Assembly: GCA_041687695.1 (NCBI GenBank)
Contig: JAWLBL010000027.1
Span: forward strand, 32,001-96,000
Length of the DNA: 64,000 nt
From: Myxococcota bacterium
GTDB taxonomy: Bacteria; Myxococcota_A; UBA9042; PHBI01; JAWLBL01
Direction: 5' to 3'
Shown: piece after piece, positions 50,402 through 58,894 of the stretch
How the letters are laid out: every line of letters starts with the position of its first letter
Numbering within the stretch: position 1 is the stretch's first letter
Translations under genes and position numbers: made by a program
The notes under the pieces: generated by a model
What the model was told of the DNA's origin: nothing
What the model saw: the letters and a program-made list of their open reading frames with translations, nothing else
The model's database searches: none

Positions 50402-52084
50402 ATGCTGATCCTGTCCATCCGTGACAAAAACGGTGAGGAGCGGCGGCTCCAGTTCGACAAGGAAGAGGTCACGATCGGCCGCACGCAGGGTTCGGACATC
50501 GTCCTCCCGCGCAACAACATCTCCAAGCGGCACGCGCGCCTGGTCGACAAAGACGACAAGATCGTCGTGGTCGATCTGCGATCGACCAACGGCACCTACG
50601 TCAACGGCCGCCGCATCACGGCGCCCGAGATCCTGACCTCCGAGGACAAGGTCTACATCGGCGACTTCGTCCTCAAGGTCATGACCGAGGTCGAGGCGTC
50701 GCAGCCGCAGCCGCCCGCCAGCACGCACCCGGGCCCGCCGCCCGCGCCCGTGTCGACCGGACCGACCGAGCACGTCGGCGCCGCGGCCGCCGCGATGGAG
50801 GTCGAGGCGACAGCGGCCATCGACCTGTCTCAGGTCCCCGACGACACGGCGGCCGATCTGGACGACTGGGTCGAGGTCGACATCGACTTCGACGGAGGCG
50901 GCCGCCCGGCCAAGGCGCCCGTCAAGACGGTCGCGCAGATGCCGGCCGCCAGCTACCACGCGCCCGAACCGGCGGACCTGGATCTGCTCGACGCCGCCGA
51001 CGCCTTGGACGACCTCGACGCGATCGAGCCCTACGTCGCGACGGCGCAGCCGGCCGCGCCCGAGCCGGCTCCGGCTCGGCCCGAGCCCGTGCAGCCGGCC
51101 CCCGTGGCGGCGCGTCCGGCGACGCCGCAGCCCGGCGTCGTCGCGGCGGCGCCCGTCGACACCGCCCCGGTCGGGCTCGGTCGGCTCGACGAGCTGCTCG
51201 CCGACGAGGCCGTGCAGGAGATCCACGTCAACGGCTACGACCAGGTGCGGGTGATCCGGTCCGGCCGCGCCGAGGAGGCGCCCGGGTTCGCGCAGGCCTC
51301 GGACCTCGACGCCGTCGTCGCGGCGCTGTCCGAGCACCTGGGCCACGTCCCGGGCGACGCGCCGACCATGTTCAACGGCAACCTGCGCTCCGGCGCGTCG
51401 GTCGAGGTCATCCGCCCGCCGGTGGCGCCCGCCGGCCCGGTGGTGGTCATCCGCCGGCCGCGCGCTCAGGTCGTCACGCCCCAGTCGCTCGTCACCTCGG
51501 GCGGCCTCACGGAGGCGGCGCTCGGCTACCTGGCCGACGCCATCGCCAAGCGCCGCAACGTCGTCGTCTCCGGCCGCACCGGCGGCGGCCGCACCACGGT
51601 GATGAACGCCCTCGCCTACTTCGTGCCCAGCCACGAGCGCGTGGCGCTGGTCGAGCACGTGCGCGAGCTGCGGCTGCCTCACGGCAACGTCGTCCGCCTC
51701 GACAAGGATCACCTCGACGCGCACGCCGAGGATCTCGCCGGGCTCCTGCCGCGGCTGAAGGTCGACCGCGCGCTGCTCGACGAGGTGGCCGGGTCGGACG
51801 TCTACGGGTTCGTGACGCTCGCGCTCAGCGGGCACGACGGCCTGTTCGCCGTCATGACCTCCGGGTCGGCCCACAAGCTACTGCAGCGCATGGCGCTGGA
51901 ACTCGAGCTCGTCTCCGGCGCGCGGCTCGATGATCGGGCGCGCGCCATGGTCGCCCAGGCGGTCGACGTCATCGTCCATGTCGAGCGAGACGGAAGCGGC
52001 GGGCCGCGGGTCGTCGAGATCGTCGAGGTCGAGGCCGCGACGCCCGAGGGCTTCCGCACGCGCGAAATCCTGAGCCGGTCATAA
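50402..52084 (+). CDS. FHA domain fused to a degenerate CpaF/TadA-like secretion ATPase
   Basis: FHA: TIGR...NISKRHA...DLRSTNGTYVNG. ATPase: LGRLDELLADEAVQEIHVNG, RPPVAPAGPVVVIRR, SGRTGGGRTT.MNAL, ERVALVEHVREL, LKVDRALLDEV.G, SGHDG, VDVIVHVER..RVVEIVEV. Confidence 0.85.
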   Translation: MLILSIRDKNGEERRLQFDKEEVTIGRTQGSDIVLPRNNISKRHARLVDKDDKIVVVDLRSTNGTYVNGRRITAPEILTSEDKVYIGDFVLKVMTEVEASQPQPPASTHPGPPPAPVSTGPTEHVGAAAAAMEVEATAAIDLSQVPDDTAADLDDWVEVDIDFDGGGRPAKAPVKTVAQMPAASYHAPEPADLDLLDAADALDDLDAIEPYVATAQPAAPEPAPARPEPVQPAPVAARPATPQPGVVAAAPVDTAPVGLGRLDELLADEAVQEIHVNGYDQVRVIRSGRAEEAPGFAQASDLDAVVAALSEHLGHVPGDAPTMFNGNLRSGASVEVIRPPVAPAGPVVVIRRPRAQVVTPQSLVTSGGLTEAALGYLADAIAKRRNVVVSGRTGGGRTTVMNALAYFVPSHERVALVEHVRELRLPHGNVVRLDKDHLDAHAEDLAGLLPRLKVDRALLDEVAGSDVYGFVTLALSGHDGLFAVMTSGSAHKLLQRMALELELVSGARLDDRARAMVAQAVDVIVHVERDGSGGPRVVEIVEVEAATPEGFRTREILSRS

Positions 52085-52094
52085 GCGCTTACCG

Positions 52095-53447
52095 ATGTTC
52101 ACTCTGGTCATCGAAGACAAGAACGGCGCCGTCGCCGACGAGTACACGTTCGAGGACGGCGAGTTCCTGATCGGGCGCAGCCAGAGCGCCGACATCGTCC
52201 TGCCCTCGGACAACGTGTCGCGTCGCCACGCGCGGCTGTATACCGTCGACGGCAAGTGCTACATCGAGGACCTCGGCTCGGCCAACGGCGTGTTCGTCAA
52301 CGGCCGGCGCATCCACGAGGTCTTCCCGATCGAGGGCTCGGCCCAGATCAAGGTCGGCGACTACTTCCTGCACATCGACAGCGACACGGCCAGCGCCGCG
52401 GCGCCCGTCGATCGCGTGCTGGTCAAGCTGCACGGGCAGAACCTGGCCTTCACCGACCAGGTCTATCGCCTCGAGAAGGCGACGACGTTGGTGGGCCGCG
52501 GCAAGGACTGCGGCCTGACGCTCATCGATCCGAGCATCAGCCGCATCCACGCCAAGCTCACCTTCGAGCGCGGCGGCCGGCTGACCATCGAGGATCTCAA
52601 GAGCTCGAACGGCAGCTTCATCAACGGCGAGCGCATCACCACCGGGACGGCCGGGCACCGCGATACGGTGCGCTTCGGCAACGCCGACTTCATCGTCGAG
52701 ATCCCCGAGGCCGCGCCCACGTCCTCGCCGACCGCCCGCGGGCGGCAGGCCTCGTCCGCCGACATGGCGGCCTGGGGTGCCCCGCCCAAGAAGTCGCGCA
52801 CGGGACTGTGGGTCGGGCTGAGCGTCTTCTTCGTGCTGGTCATCGGCGGCGGCGCGACGTGGTTCTTCTTCGGCGACAAACTGTTCGGCAAGCCGCAGGC
52901 CGAGGAGGCCAAGTCGGCGACCGTCACGCCCGAGGACGAAAAGGCGCAGAAGGAGGCCGACAAGGCCAAGGAGGAGGCCGAGCTCAAGGCCGAGGAGATC
53001 CAGCTCCTGAGCGACCAGGGCACCGCGGCGGTCAAGGGCCGCGAGTGGGACAAGGCCCTGACCTCGTGGGAGGGCGTGCTCGAGCGCGATCCGCTCAACG
53101 AGACGGCCCAGAAGGCCATCAACCAGATAAAGACCTGGCAGAAGCACCAGGAGACCCTCGAGTCGGCTCGCAAGCTCCGCAAGGACAAGAAGTACGCCGA
53201 GGCCGCCAAGGCCCTCCGCGAGATCGGCGAGGGCAGCGTCTACCACGCCGAGGCGCAAGAGGAGATCGGTCTCCTCGTCGAGATGAAGGGCTCCCTGGTC
53301 ATGCAAGCCGACGCGATGGTCAAGTCGCGCGACTGCGACGGCGCCCTCAAGCTCTACAAGGAGGCGGTCGTCCTCGACCCCCGCGACGCGGTCCTCGTCG
53401 AGAAGATCAAGGACGTCGAGAAGCTGCCGGCGCGCAAGTGTAAGTAG
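52095..53447 (+). CDS. Tandem-FHA, single-TM, periplasmic TPR-like protein
   Basis: LIGR...VSRRHA...EDLGSANG; LVGR...ISRIHA...EDLKSSNG; TM LWVGLSVFFVLVIGGGATWFFF; TPR-like WDKALTSWEGVLERDPLN; starts 10 bp after the ATPase gene. Confidence 0.88.
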   Translation: MFTLVIEDKNGAVADEYTFEDGEFLIGRSQSADIVLPSDNVSRRHARLYTVDGKCYIEDLGSANGVFVNGRRIHEVFPIEGSAQIKVGDYFLHIDSDTASAAAPVDRVLVKLHGQNLAFTDQVYRLEKATTLVGRGKDCGLTLIDPSISRIHAKLTFERGGRLTIEDLKSSNGSFINGERITTGTAGHRDTVRFGNADFIVEIPEAAPTSSPTARGRQASSADMAAWGAPPKKSRTGLWVGLSVFFVLVIGGGATWFFFGDKLFGKPQAEEAKSATVTPEDEKAQKEADKAKEEAELKAEEIQLLSDQGTAAVKGREWDKALTSWEGVLERDPLNETAQKAINQIKTWQKHQETLESARKLRKDKKYAEAAKALREIGEGSVYHAEAQEEIGLLVEMKGSLVMQADAMVKSRDCDGALKLYKEAVVLDPRDAVLVEKIKDVEKLPARKCK

Positions 53448-53466
53448 GCGAGTACACGCCCGCCGC

Positions 53467-53503
<37 letters not shown>

Positions 53504-53541
53504 AGGCGGCTGAGTCTGAGCCTAGAGGCCGGTTTGGAGTG

Positions 53542-53676
53542 GGGGTAGCCTCCGCTCCGGCCGGCCTCGAGCGTTTTAGTCGCCTTGCGGCGACGAAAAC
53601 GCTTGACCCCGTCCTCCGCTGCGGCTGGGGGCTGATATGGCCCGGAACGGGGCGTTCCGGGCCGCGGTGCGTCCCG
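53542..53676 (+). repeat. Long inverted repeat, left copy (135 bp)
   Basis: Aligns with the reverse complement of 54415-54551 with 15 differences in 137 columns (hand alignment). Starts GGGGTAGCCTCCGCT and has two internal hairpins. Confidence 0.92.
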
Positions 53677-53758
53677 TACGCCTCGGCGACTGGGCGCAGC
53701 CCTTACCTCGTCTCCCAGCCTGGCAACTTCCTCCGGGAATTAAACACCTAGCCAATTA

Positions 53759-54345
53759 GCCGTTCCGGGACGACGGGCTCGGCGAGGCTTCCGCCCCGGG
53801 GCGGGGCCATCGAACGCCCAGGTCATTGGTCGTCCCTGGACGAACGGCCTGCCTGGGCTTCCGCCCCGGGGCGGAGCAATTGGACGCCCATACAATTTGT
53901 CGTCCCGGGACGACGACGGACGCCTGAGCTTCCGCCCCGGGGCGGAGCCATGGAACAAGCAGCCAATGAGTCGTCCCGGGACGACGACGGACGCATGGAC
54001 TTCCGCCCCGGGACGGAGCAATTCAACGCCCATACAATTAGTCGTCCCGGGACGACGACAGCTGCCGGGACTTCCGCCCCGGGGCGGAAAGCAGAATCCA
54101 GGTTCTCGTACCGGGACGACGGTGCCCGCCAGCCGGGACTTCCGCCCCGGGGCGGAGAGCAGAATCCAGGTTCTCGTCCCGGAACGACGACGACCGCCTT
54201 TGGCCCTCCGCCCCGGGGCGGAGAGCAGAACACAGGTTCTCGTACTGGGACGGCGACGACCGCCTGGGCCTCCGCCCCGGGGCGGAGAGCAGAATCCAGG
54301 TTCTCGTACCGGGACGACGAACCTTCTCCTCCGCCCCGGCACGGA
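53759..54345. repeat. Array of nine B-A palindrome pairs (REP/BIME-like mosaic)
   Basis: A = TCCGCCCCGGGGCGGA at 53790, 53860, 53931, 54002, 54073, 54141, 54207, 54271, 54330. B = GTCGTCCCGGGACGAC at 53759, 53829, 53899, 53970, 54041, 54105, 54173, 54239, 54303 (some copies degenerate). Confidence 0.92.
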
Positions 54346-54414
54346 AGCCGTGAACGCGTGAGCGTCGCATCTAGCGCAGGCTCCCAACTCGAGACACCCA
54401 CGCCGGCCACCGGC

Positions 54415-54551
54415 CGGGACGCCCCGCGGCCCGGAAGGTCCCCTTCCGGGCCGATATCGGCCCTCCAGCCGCAGCGGAGGGCGGGGTCAAGCGTTTTCGG
54501 CGCCGTCAGGCGACCAAAACGCTTGAGGCCGACCGGAGCGGAGGCTACTCC
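54415..54551 (-). repeat. Long inverted repeat, right copy (137 bp)
   Basis: Reverse complement reads GGAGTAGCCTCCGCTCCGGTCGGCCTCAAGCGTTTTGGTCGCC...GGCCCGGAAGGGGACCTTCCGGGCCGCGGGGCGTCCCG. Confidence 0.92.
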
Positions 54552-54596
54552 GACCGACCCCACGACCCAAATCTGCGCCGCCAGCTTCCCAAGCAA

Positions 54597-54998
54597 GGAG
54601 CCCGCGCGAGCGCGGGCGTTCCAGCTTCCCCAACCAAGGAGCCCGCGCGAGCGCGGGCACTCCAGCTTCGCCAACCCATGAGCCCGCGCGAGCGCGGGCA
54701 CTCCTAGCGGCGGAGAGCTGCAACCTGGTGGCGCGAAAGCCCGCGCGAGCGCGGGCACTCCAGCTTCGCCAACCCATGAGCCCGCGCGAGCGCGGGCACT
54801 CCTAGCGGCGGAGAGCTGCAACCTGGTGGCGCGAAAGCCCGCGCGAGCGCGGGCACTCCAGCTTCGCCAACCCATGAGCCCGCGCGAGCGCGGGCGCTCC
54901 TAGCGGCGGAGAGCTGCAACCTGGTGGCGCGAAAGCCCGCGCGAGCGCGGGCGCTCCAGCTTCGTCACCCCAAGAGCCCGCGCGAGCGCGGGCACTCC
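54597..54998. repeat. Nine-copy hairpin array GCCCGCGCGAGCGCGGGC(A/G)CTCC with a 98-bp higher-order unit
   Basis: Cores at 54600, 54641, 54682, 54739, 54780, 54837, 54878, 54935, 54976; spacings 41,41,57,41,57,41,57,41. Confidence 0.93.
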
Positions 54999-55086
54999 AA
55001 CCGGCGGAGAGCCTTGGCCTCTCACTCCGCGGTCTTCGGTTCGCCACGGCCACGCTCTCGGCATCCTCGTCGCTCCCGAAACGCAA

Positions 55087-55117
55087 GAGGCCGAGCCCCC
55101 AAGTGGGACCCGGCCTC
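55087..55117 (-). terminator. Probable terminator of the tolC-mlaC transcript
   Basis: GAGGCCG...CGGCCTC imperfect stem ~35 bp after the mlaC stop; minus-strand tail TTGCGTTTC. Confidence 0.5.
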
Positions 55118-55152
55118 GGTGCGGACGGACCGTCCAGACGCCGCGCGGCGGC

Positions 55153-55776
55153 CTACTCGGCGTCGGGCTTGTTCACCTGCTTCTCGATGCGCTCGAGGAG
55201 GGCGTCGAAGCCGCTCTTCTTGACGATCTTGGAGAACTGACCGCGCCAGTTGATGGCCATCGAGACGCCGTCGACGACGATGTCGCCGGCGCGCCACTCG
55301 AGCTTGCCGCCGACCTTCACGGGCTCGAAGAGGTAGTCGACGTCGGCGGCGGCCTTTTCGCCCGCGACGGTCGTCTTCACCTCGGCCTTGGCGCCGTCGT
55401 CGGCGAAGACCGTGTCGCCGCGGTAGGAGACGGTGAACTGGGCCTTGGGCTTGAAGCGCTTGGCGTAGTTCTTGATGACGAGGCGCCGGAAGAGGGCCTT
55501 GAACTTCGCCTGCTGCTCGGGGGTGATCTCGTCCCAGGTGGCGCGCAGGGTCTTCTTGGAGAAGGCGTCGTAGTCGACCAGGGCGTCGAAGTGGCCGGTG
55601 ATGTCCTCGACGAGCTTGTCGCGGGTGGTCGCCGCGTCGACCGACTGCTTGATGACCGCGTAGGCGCGGTCGACGTTCGCCTTGGGGTCGCCCGCGGGCT
55701 TGTCGGCGGCGGAGGCGACGCCGGCGAGGCCGAGGACGAACAGGGCGAGGAGGACGGCGGGGAACACCTTGCGCAT
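55153..55776 (-). CDS. mlaC: MlaC/Ttg2D family periplasmic lipid-binding protein
   Basis: Signal peptide; VDYDAFSKKTL..TW...PEQQAKF..LF..LV..NY; VDY; WRAGDIVVDGVSMAINWRGQFSKI..KSGFDALL; AAGGAG SD. Confidence 0.85.
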   Translation of the reverse strand: MRKVFPAVLLALFVLGLAGVASAADKPAGDPKANVDRAYAVIKQSVDAATTRDKLVEDITGHFDALVDYDAFSKKTLRATWDEITPEQQAKFKALFRRLVIKNYAKRFKPKAQFTVSYRGDTVFADDGAKAEVKTTVAGEKAAADVDYLFEPVKVGGKLEWRAGDIVVDGVSMAINWRGQFSKIVKKSGFDALLERIEKQVNKPDAE

Positions 55777-55837
55777 GGGGAGGACTCCTTGGGGTCGGGC
55801 TCGGACAGCGCGTCGGACGGCGGCGGGCCGCCGAGAT

Positions 55838-57250
55838 TCAATCCTGCGTGGCCTGCGGGGCCTGCGGGGGCTCGGCGGGCGCGAGCTGAGTGATGTCGGC
55901 GCCGACCGCCTGGCTCAGCTCCCAGACGAGCACGTTGTGTTCGTGCACGTTCTGAAGCCAGGCGACCTTCTTGCTGTAGAACTGCACGAGCGCGTCCATC
56001 ACGTCTCGAAAGCTGCCGAAGCCGGCGTCGTAGAGATCCCAGTTCGCGGTCAGCCAGCCCTGGGCGGACCGCTGCGCCTGCGCGTAAACCTCGATGAGGG
56101 CGCGTTTGTTCTCGAGCCTCTGATGAAGCTCGCGGACCTTCAGCTCCTGCAGGTCGCGCGCGACCACCGCCTCTTGCGCGGCCTTGTCGGCCTGGGCCGA
56201 GGCCTCGTCGGCGCGGAGCAGGCGCTGGTGGATGTCGAGGTTCCAGCGCAGGCCGACGATGCCGCCGACCGACCGCGCGTGGTAGGGGTCGTTGGCGAAC
56301 GAGGTCGGCTGGTCCTCGGCGACGTTGCTGTCGGCGAGGCGCGCCTCGCCCGCGAGCACGAGGTCCGGCCACAGCTCGGCCCGCTTGTTGTCCGCGAGGG
56401 CGCGCCGCGCCCCGGCCGCCGCGCGCGCCATGCGCTGCTTCGGGTCGTTGCCCTTGGCCACCGCCCAGTACCGGTCGGCCGACAGCAGCGTCACGGCGAT
56501 GGGCTGGAGGGAGTCGGCCGCCAGGGCCACCGGGGCGTCGCTGGGGCGCGACAGCAGCAGGCGCAGCCCCTGCCCGGACATCGTGGCGAGCAGGCGGTTG
56601 TCGGTCTCGAGCTGGTAGAACTCGGCGACGCGCGTCTTCAGGCGCAGGTGCTCGAGCTGGTCGTAGTCGTCCGAGTCCTCGGCGCGCTGCCGCTCCATGC
56701 GCTCCTCGGCGCGGGAGATCCACTTGTTGCCCTCGACCAGGATGGCGTCGAGCTCGCGCGCGAGCAGCGCGCCGTAGTAGGCCTGGGCGGCGCGGACGCG
56801 GAGCTCCCAGCGGGCGACGTCGACCTGCGCGCGGCCGACGGCGACGCCGTGGCGCGCGGCCTCGCGCAGGCTGGAGATCTTGCCGAAGGTCCACAGCGGC
56901 TGGACCATCGTCACGTTGACGCGCCAGACATAGCCCCAGCGGTCGAAGTTGACCTCGCTCTCGAGGGCGTTGCCCCGCAGCTCGGGCATCGGGGCGGCGC
57001 CGGCCTCGAGCCGGAAGGTCGGCAGGATCGCCCAGCGCGCCTGCGCCATCTTGGCCTGGAAGTCGTCGAGCCCGGCGCGGGCCGCGCGCATCAGCGGGCT
57101 GGTGCGCTCGATCTCGGTGACGAGCGCGTCCCAGGTGTAGCCGGCTTCGGCCGGCGGCACCTCGACGTAGGTCTCGGCCCGGCTCGCGTGCGGAGCCGCG
57201 ATGACGGCGAGCGCGGTAGCGGCGATGGTGACGAACAGGGCGTGCTTCAA
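55838..57250 (-). CDS. TolC family outer-membrane channel
   Basis: TTG start and signal peptide KHALFVTIAATALAVIAAPHASRA; SPL.RAARA, QPLWTFGK, V..AYYG.L.A, WPDL, GLRWNL, YDAG..SF.DV.DA. Confidence 0.85.
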   Translation of the reverse strand: MKHALFVTIAATALAVIAAPHASRAETYVEVPPAEAGYTWDALVTEIERTSPLMRAARAGLDDFQAKMAQARWAILPTFRLEAGAAPMPELRGNALESEVNFDRWGYVWRVNVTMVQPLWTFGKISSLREAARHGVAVGRAQVDVARWELRVRAAQAYYGALLARELDAILVEGNKWISRAEERMERQRAEDSDDYDQLEHLRLKTRVAEFYQLETDNRLLATMSGQGLRLLLSRPSDAPVALAADSLQPIAVTLLSADRYWAVAKGNDPKQRMARAAAGARRALADNKRAELWPDLVLAGEARLADSNVAEDQPTSFANDPYHARSVGGIVGLRWNLDIHQRLLRADEASAQADKAAQEAVVARDLQELKVRELHQRLENKRALIEVYAQAQRSAQGWLTANWDLYDAGFGSFRDVMDALVQFYSKKVAWLQNVHEHNVLVWELSQAVGADITQLAPAEPPQAPQATQD

Positions 57251-57370
57251 CGTGACCTCGAGGTCGCGGACCGGCCGGGTCGGCCCGGCGCCGCCGGAAC
57301 ACAAGCAAGACTCGGGCGGCGGGTCAACCGCGACGAGGACGGAAAGGCGCGGGAGGCGCCGGCGAGACGC

Positions 57371-58894
57371 TCAGCGCAGGGGCGCCTTGAGGCGCAGCAG
57401 CTGGCGCGTGGCGGCCAGGGTCTGCTCGGCGCCGAAGAACGCGCCCTCGAAGCCGAGGCCGCCGTACAGGGCGTCACCCGCGAGCAGGACGTTGTCGTAG
57501 GGGGTGGCCGGCGCGAGGGCGCTGGCGTCCAGGGTCATCGGGGCCGGCCGCTCGTAGACGGGCGCCAGCTCGTGCGGGTCGAGCATCGGCTGGCCGGAGC
57601 CGCGCTCGACGGTGAGGGCCGGCGTGTCGATGACGCGCAGGTGGTCCGACAGCCAGGGGATGAAGGCCTGCAGGCGCTCGACGACGCGGTCGGTCAGGCG
57701 TCGGGCGCCGCCGACCGTGGGGCCGAGGCCGGTGGTCGCCATCAGGGCCGAGACCTGCAGCGTGCCAGGCCCCGGGCGGCCGTCGCGCTCGCCGAAGCTG
57801 CCGTCGGGGGCACGGGTGACCCATAGGGCGTTGTCGCCGGTGAGGGGCGCCGCGGGATCGGCGATGAGCACGACGTCACCCGCCATGCCGCGCGGGATGA
57901 CGCGCGGGTCGACGGCCAGGTTGACGGTCAGGCGCCAGGCCGAGACCGGCAGCGACGTCAGCGTGGCGTGGAAGCGGCCGATGCGCTTGTCGGTGGGGAT
58001 GAGCTGGAAGACGCGGCGCGGGTCGGCGTTGACGACGAGCAGCTCGCAGCCGAGGGTCTCGCCGGTGCCGGCCAGGCGGACCTCTTTCACGCGGCCGCGG
58101 CGCAGGACGATCTCGTCGACCAGATCGTGGGGGCGGTGGTCGCCGCACTGGTCGACGAGCTTGCGCAGGAACATGGCCTTGAGGCCGTCGAGGCCGTCGC
58201 CGAGGCGGTACAGGCCGCCGCGCAGGTGCGTCCAGAGGCGGGCTGTGGGGAGCGCGCCGAGGCCGAGCGGACGGGAGCCGTCGTGGACGCCGGCGAGGTG
58301 CAGGAGCGGGGCGGCCACCAGGGCGCGCGAGAGCGGGTGCGCGGCGACGCTGGCCACCGGCGCGGGGTCGGGGGCGTCGTCGAGCAGATCGTGGGCGGCC
58401 CCGGCGGCGGCGCGGTAGCGGCCGGCGGCGCGCCAGCCGGTCATCGGGTACAGGTGATCGGCGCGCAGGGCCGGGTCGGCGTCGCGGGCGCGCTCGGCCG
58501 CCCAGGCGTCGAAGGAGGTCAGCCGGTCGGGGTCGAGATCGGCCGCCACCTCGCGGTCCAGCTCGCGGCGCCAGCGCTCGTCGTGGCTGGTGAGGTCGAG
58601 GCGGCGGTCGGGCAGGACGAGCTGCAGCACCGGGTCGGTGGCGCAGGGGCGGCCCTTGAGCTCCATGGCGAGCGACAGCTCGGAGAGGACCTGGCCCACG
58701 ACCTGAGAGGTGGCGAAGCCGTAGAAGCGCTCGGGCTGGCGCAGGAAGACGTGGCCCTCGTGGCGGTAGAGGTTCGGGCGGGCGCCCTGCCCGAGCACGG
58801 CCACGCGGTAGCCGGCGCGCGAGGCGAGCGCCGCGTAGACGAGGCCGCCCAGGTCCGTCCCGAGCACGATGATGTGGTACCAGGCGCTGCTCAT
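57371..58894 (-). CDS. Phytoene-desaturase-like FAD oxidoreductase fold, degenerate dinucleotide motif
   Basis: IIVLGTDLGGLVYAALASRAGYRVAVL, DGLDGL, VDEIV..RGRV..V, TPYDNVLLAGD..YGGLGFEGAF; ATGA overlap with purN. Confidence 0.7.
   Translation of the reverse strand: MSSAWYHIIVLGTDLGGLVYAALASRAGYRVAVLGQGARPNLYRHEGHVFLRQPERFYGFATSQVVGQVLSELSLAMELKGRPCATDPVLQLVLPDRRLDLTSHDERWRRELDREVAADLDPDRLTSFDAWAAERARDADPALRADHLYPMTGWRAAGRYRAAAGAAHDLLDDAPDPAPVASVAAHPLSRALVAAPLLHLAGVHDGSRPLGLGALPTARLWTHLRGGLYRLGDGLDGLKAMFLRKLVDQCGDHRPHDLVDEIVLRRGRVKEVRLAGTGETLGCELLVVNADPRRVFQLIPTDKRIGRFHATLTSLPVSAWRLTVNLAVDPRVIPRGMAGDVVLIADPAAPLTGDNALWVTRAPDGSFGERDGRPGPGTLQVSALMATTGLGPTVGGARRLTDRVVERLQAFIPWLSDHLRVIDTPALTVERGSGQPMLDPHELAPVYERPAPMTLDASALAPATPYDNVLLAGDALYGGLGFEGAFFGAEQTLAATRQLLRLKAPLR

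Noticed and set aside
53542..54551. Autonomous IS element
   Set aside because: No transposase ORF between the inverted repeats and no clear target-site duplication; kept only as a possible non-autonomous element.
53759..54998. CRISPR array interpretation of either repeat array
   Set aside because: The linkers are homologous to each other or identical rather than unique spacers, the periods are irregular or alternating, the repeat cores are only 16-23 bp, and there are no cas genes in the window.
53539..55223. ORFs across the repeat junction (e.g. 53823..54875 -, 53950..54681 +, 53740..54387 -)
   Set aside because: Unit lengths (70, 71, 68, 64, 59, 41, 98) mostly break frame, the same peptides recur in several frames, and there is no typical codon bias. 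These are by-products of the repeats.
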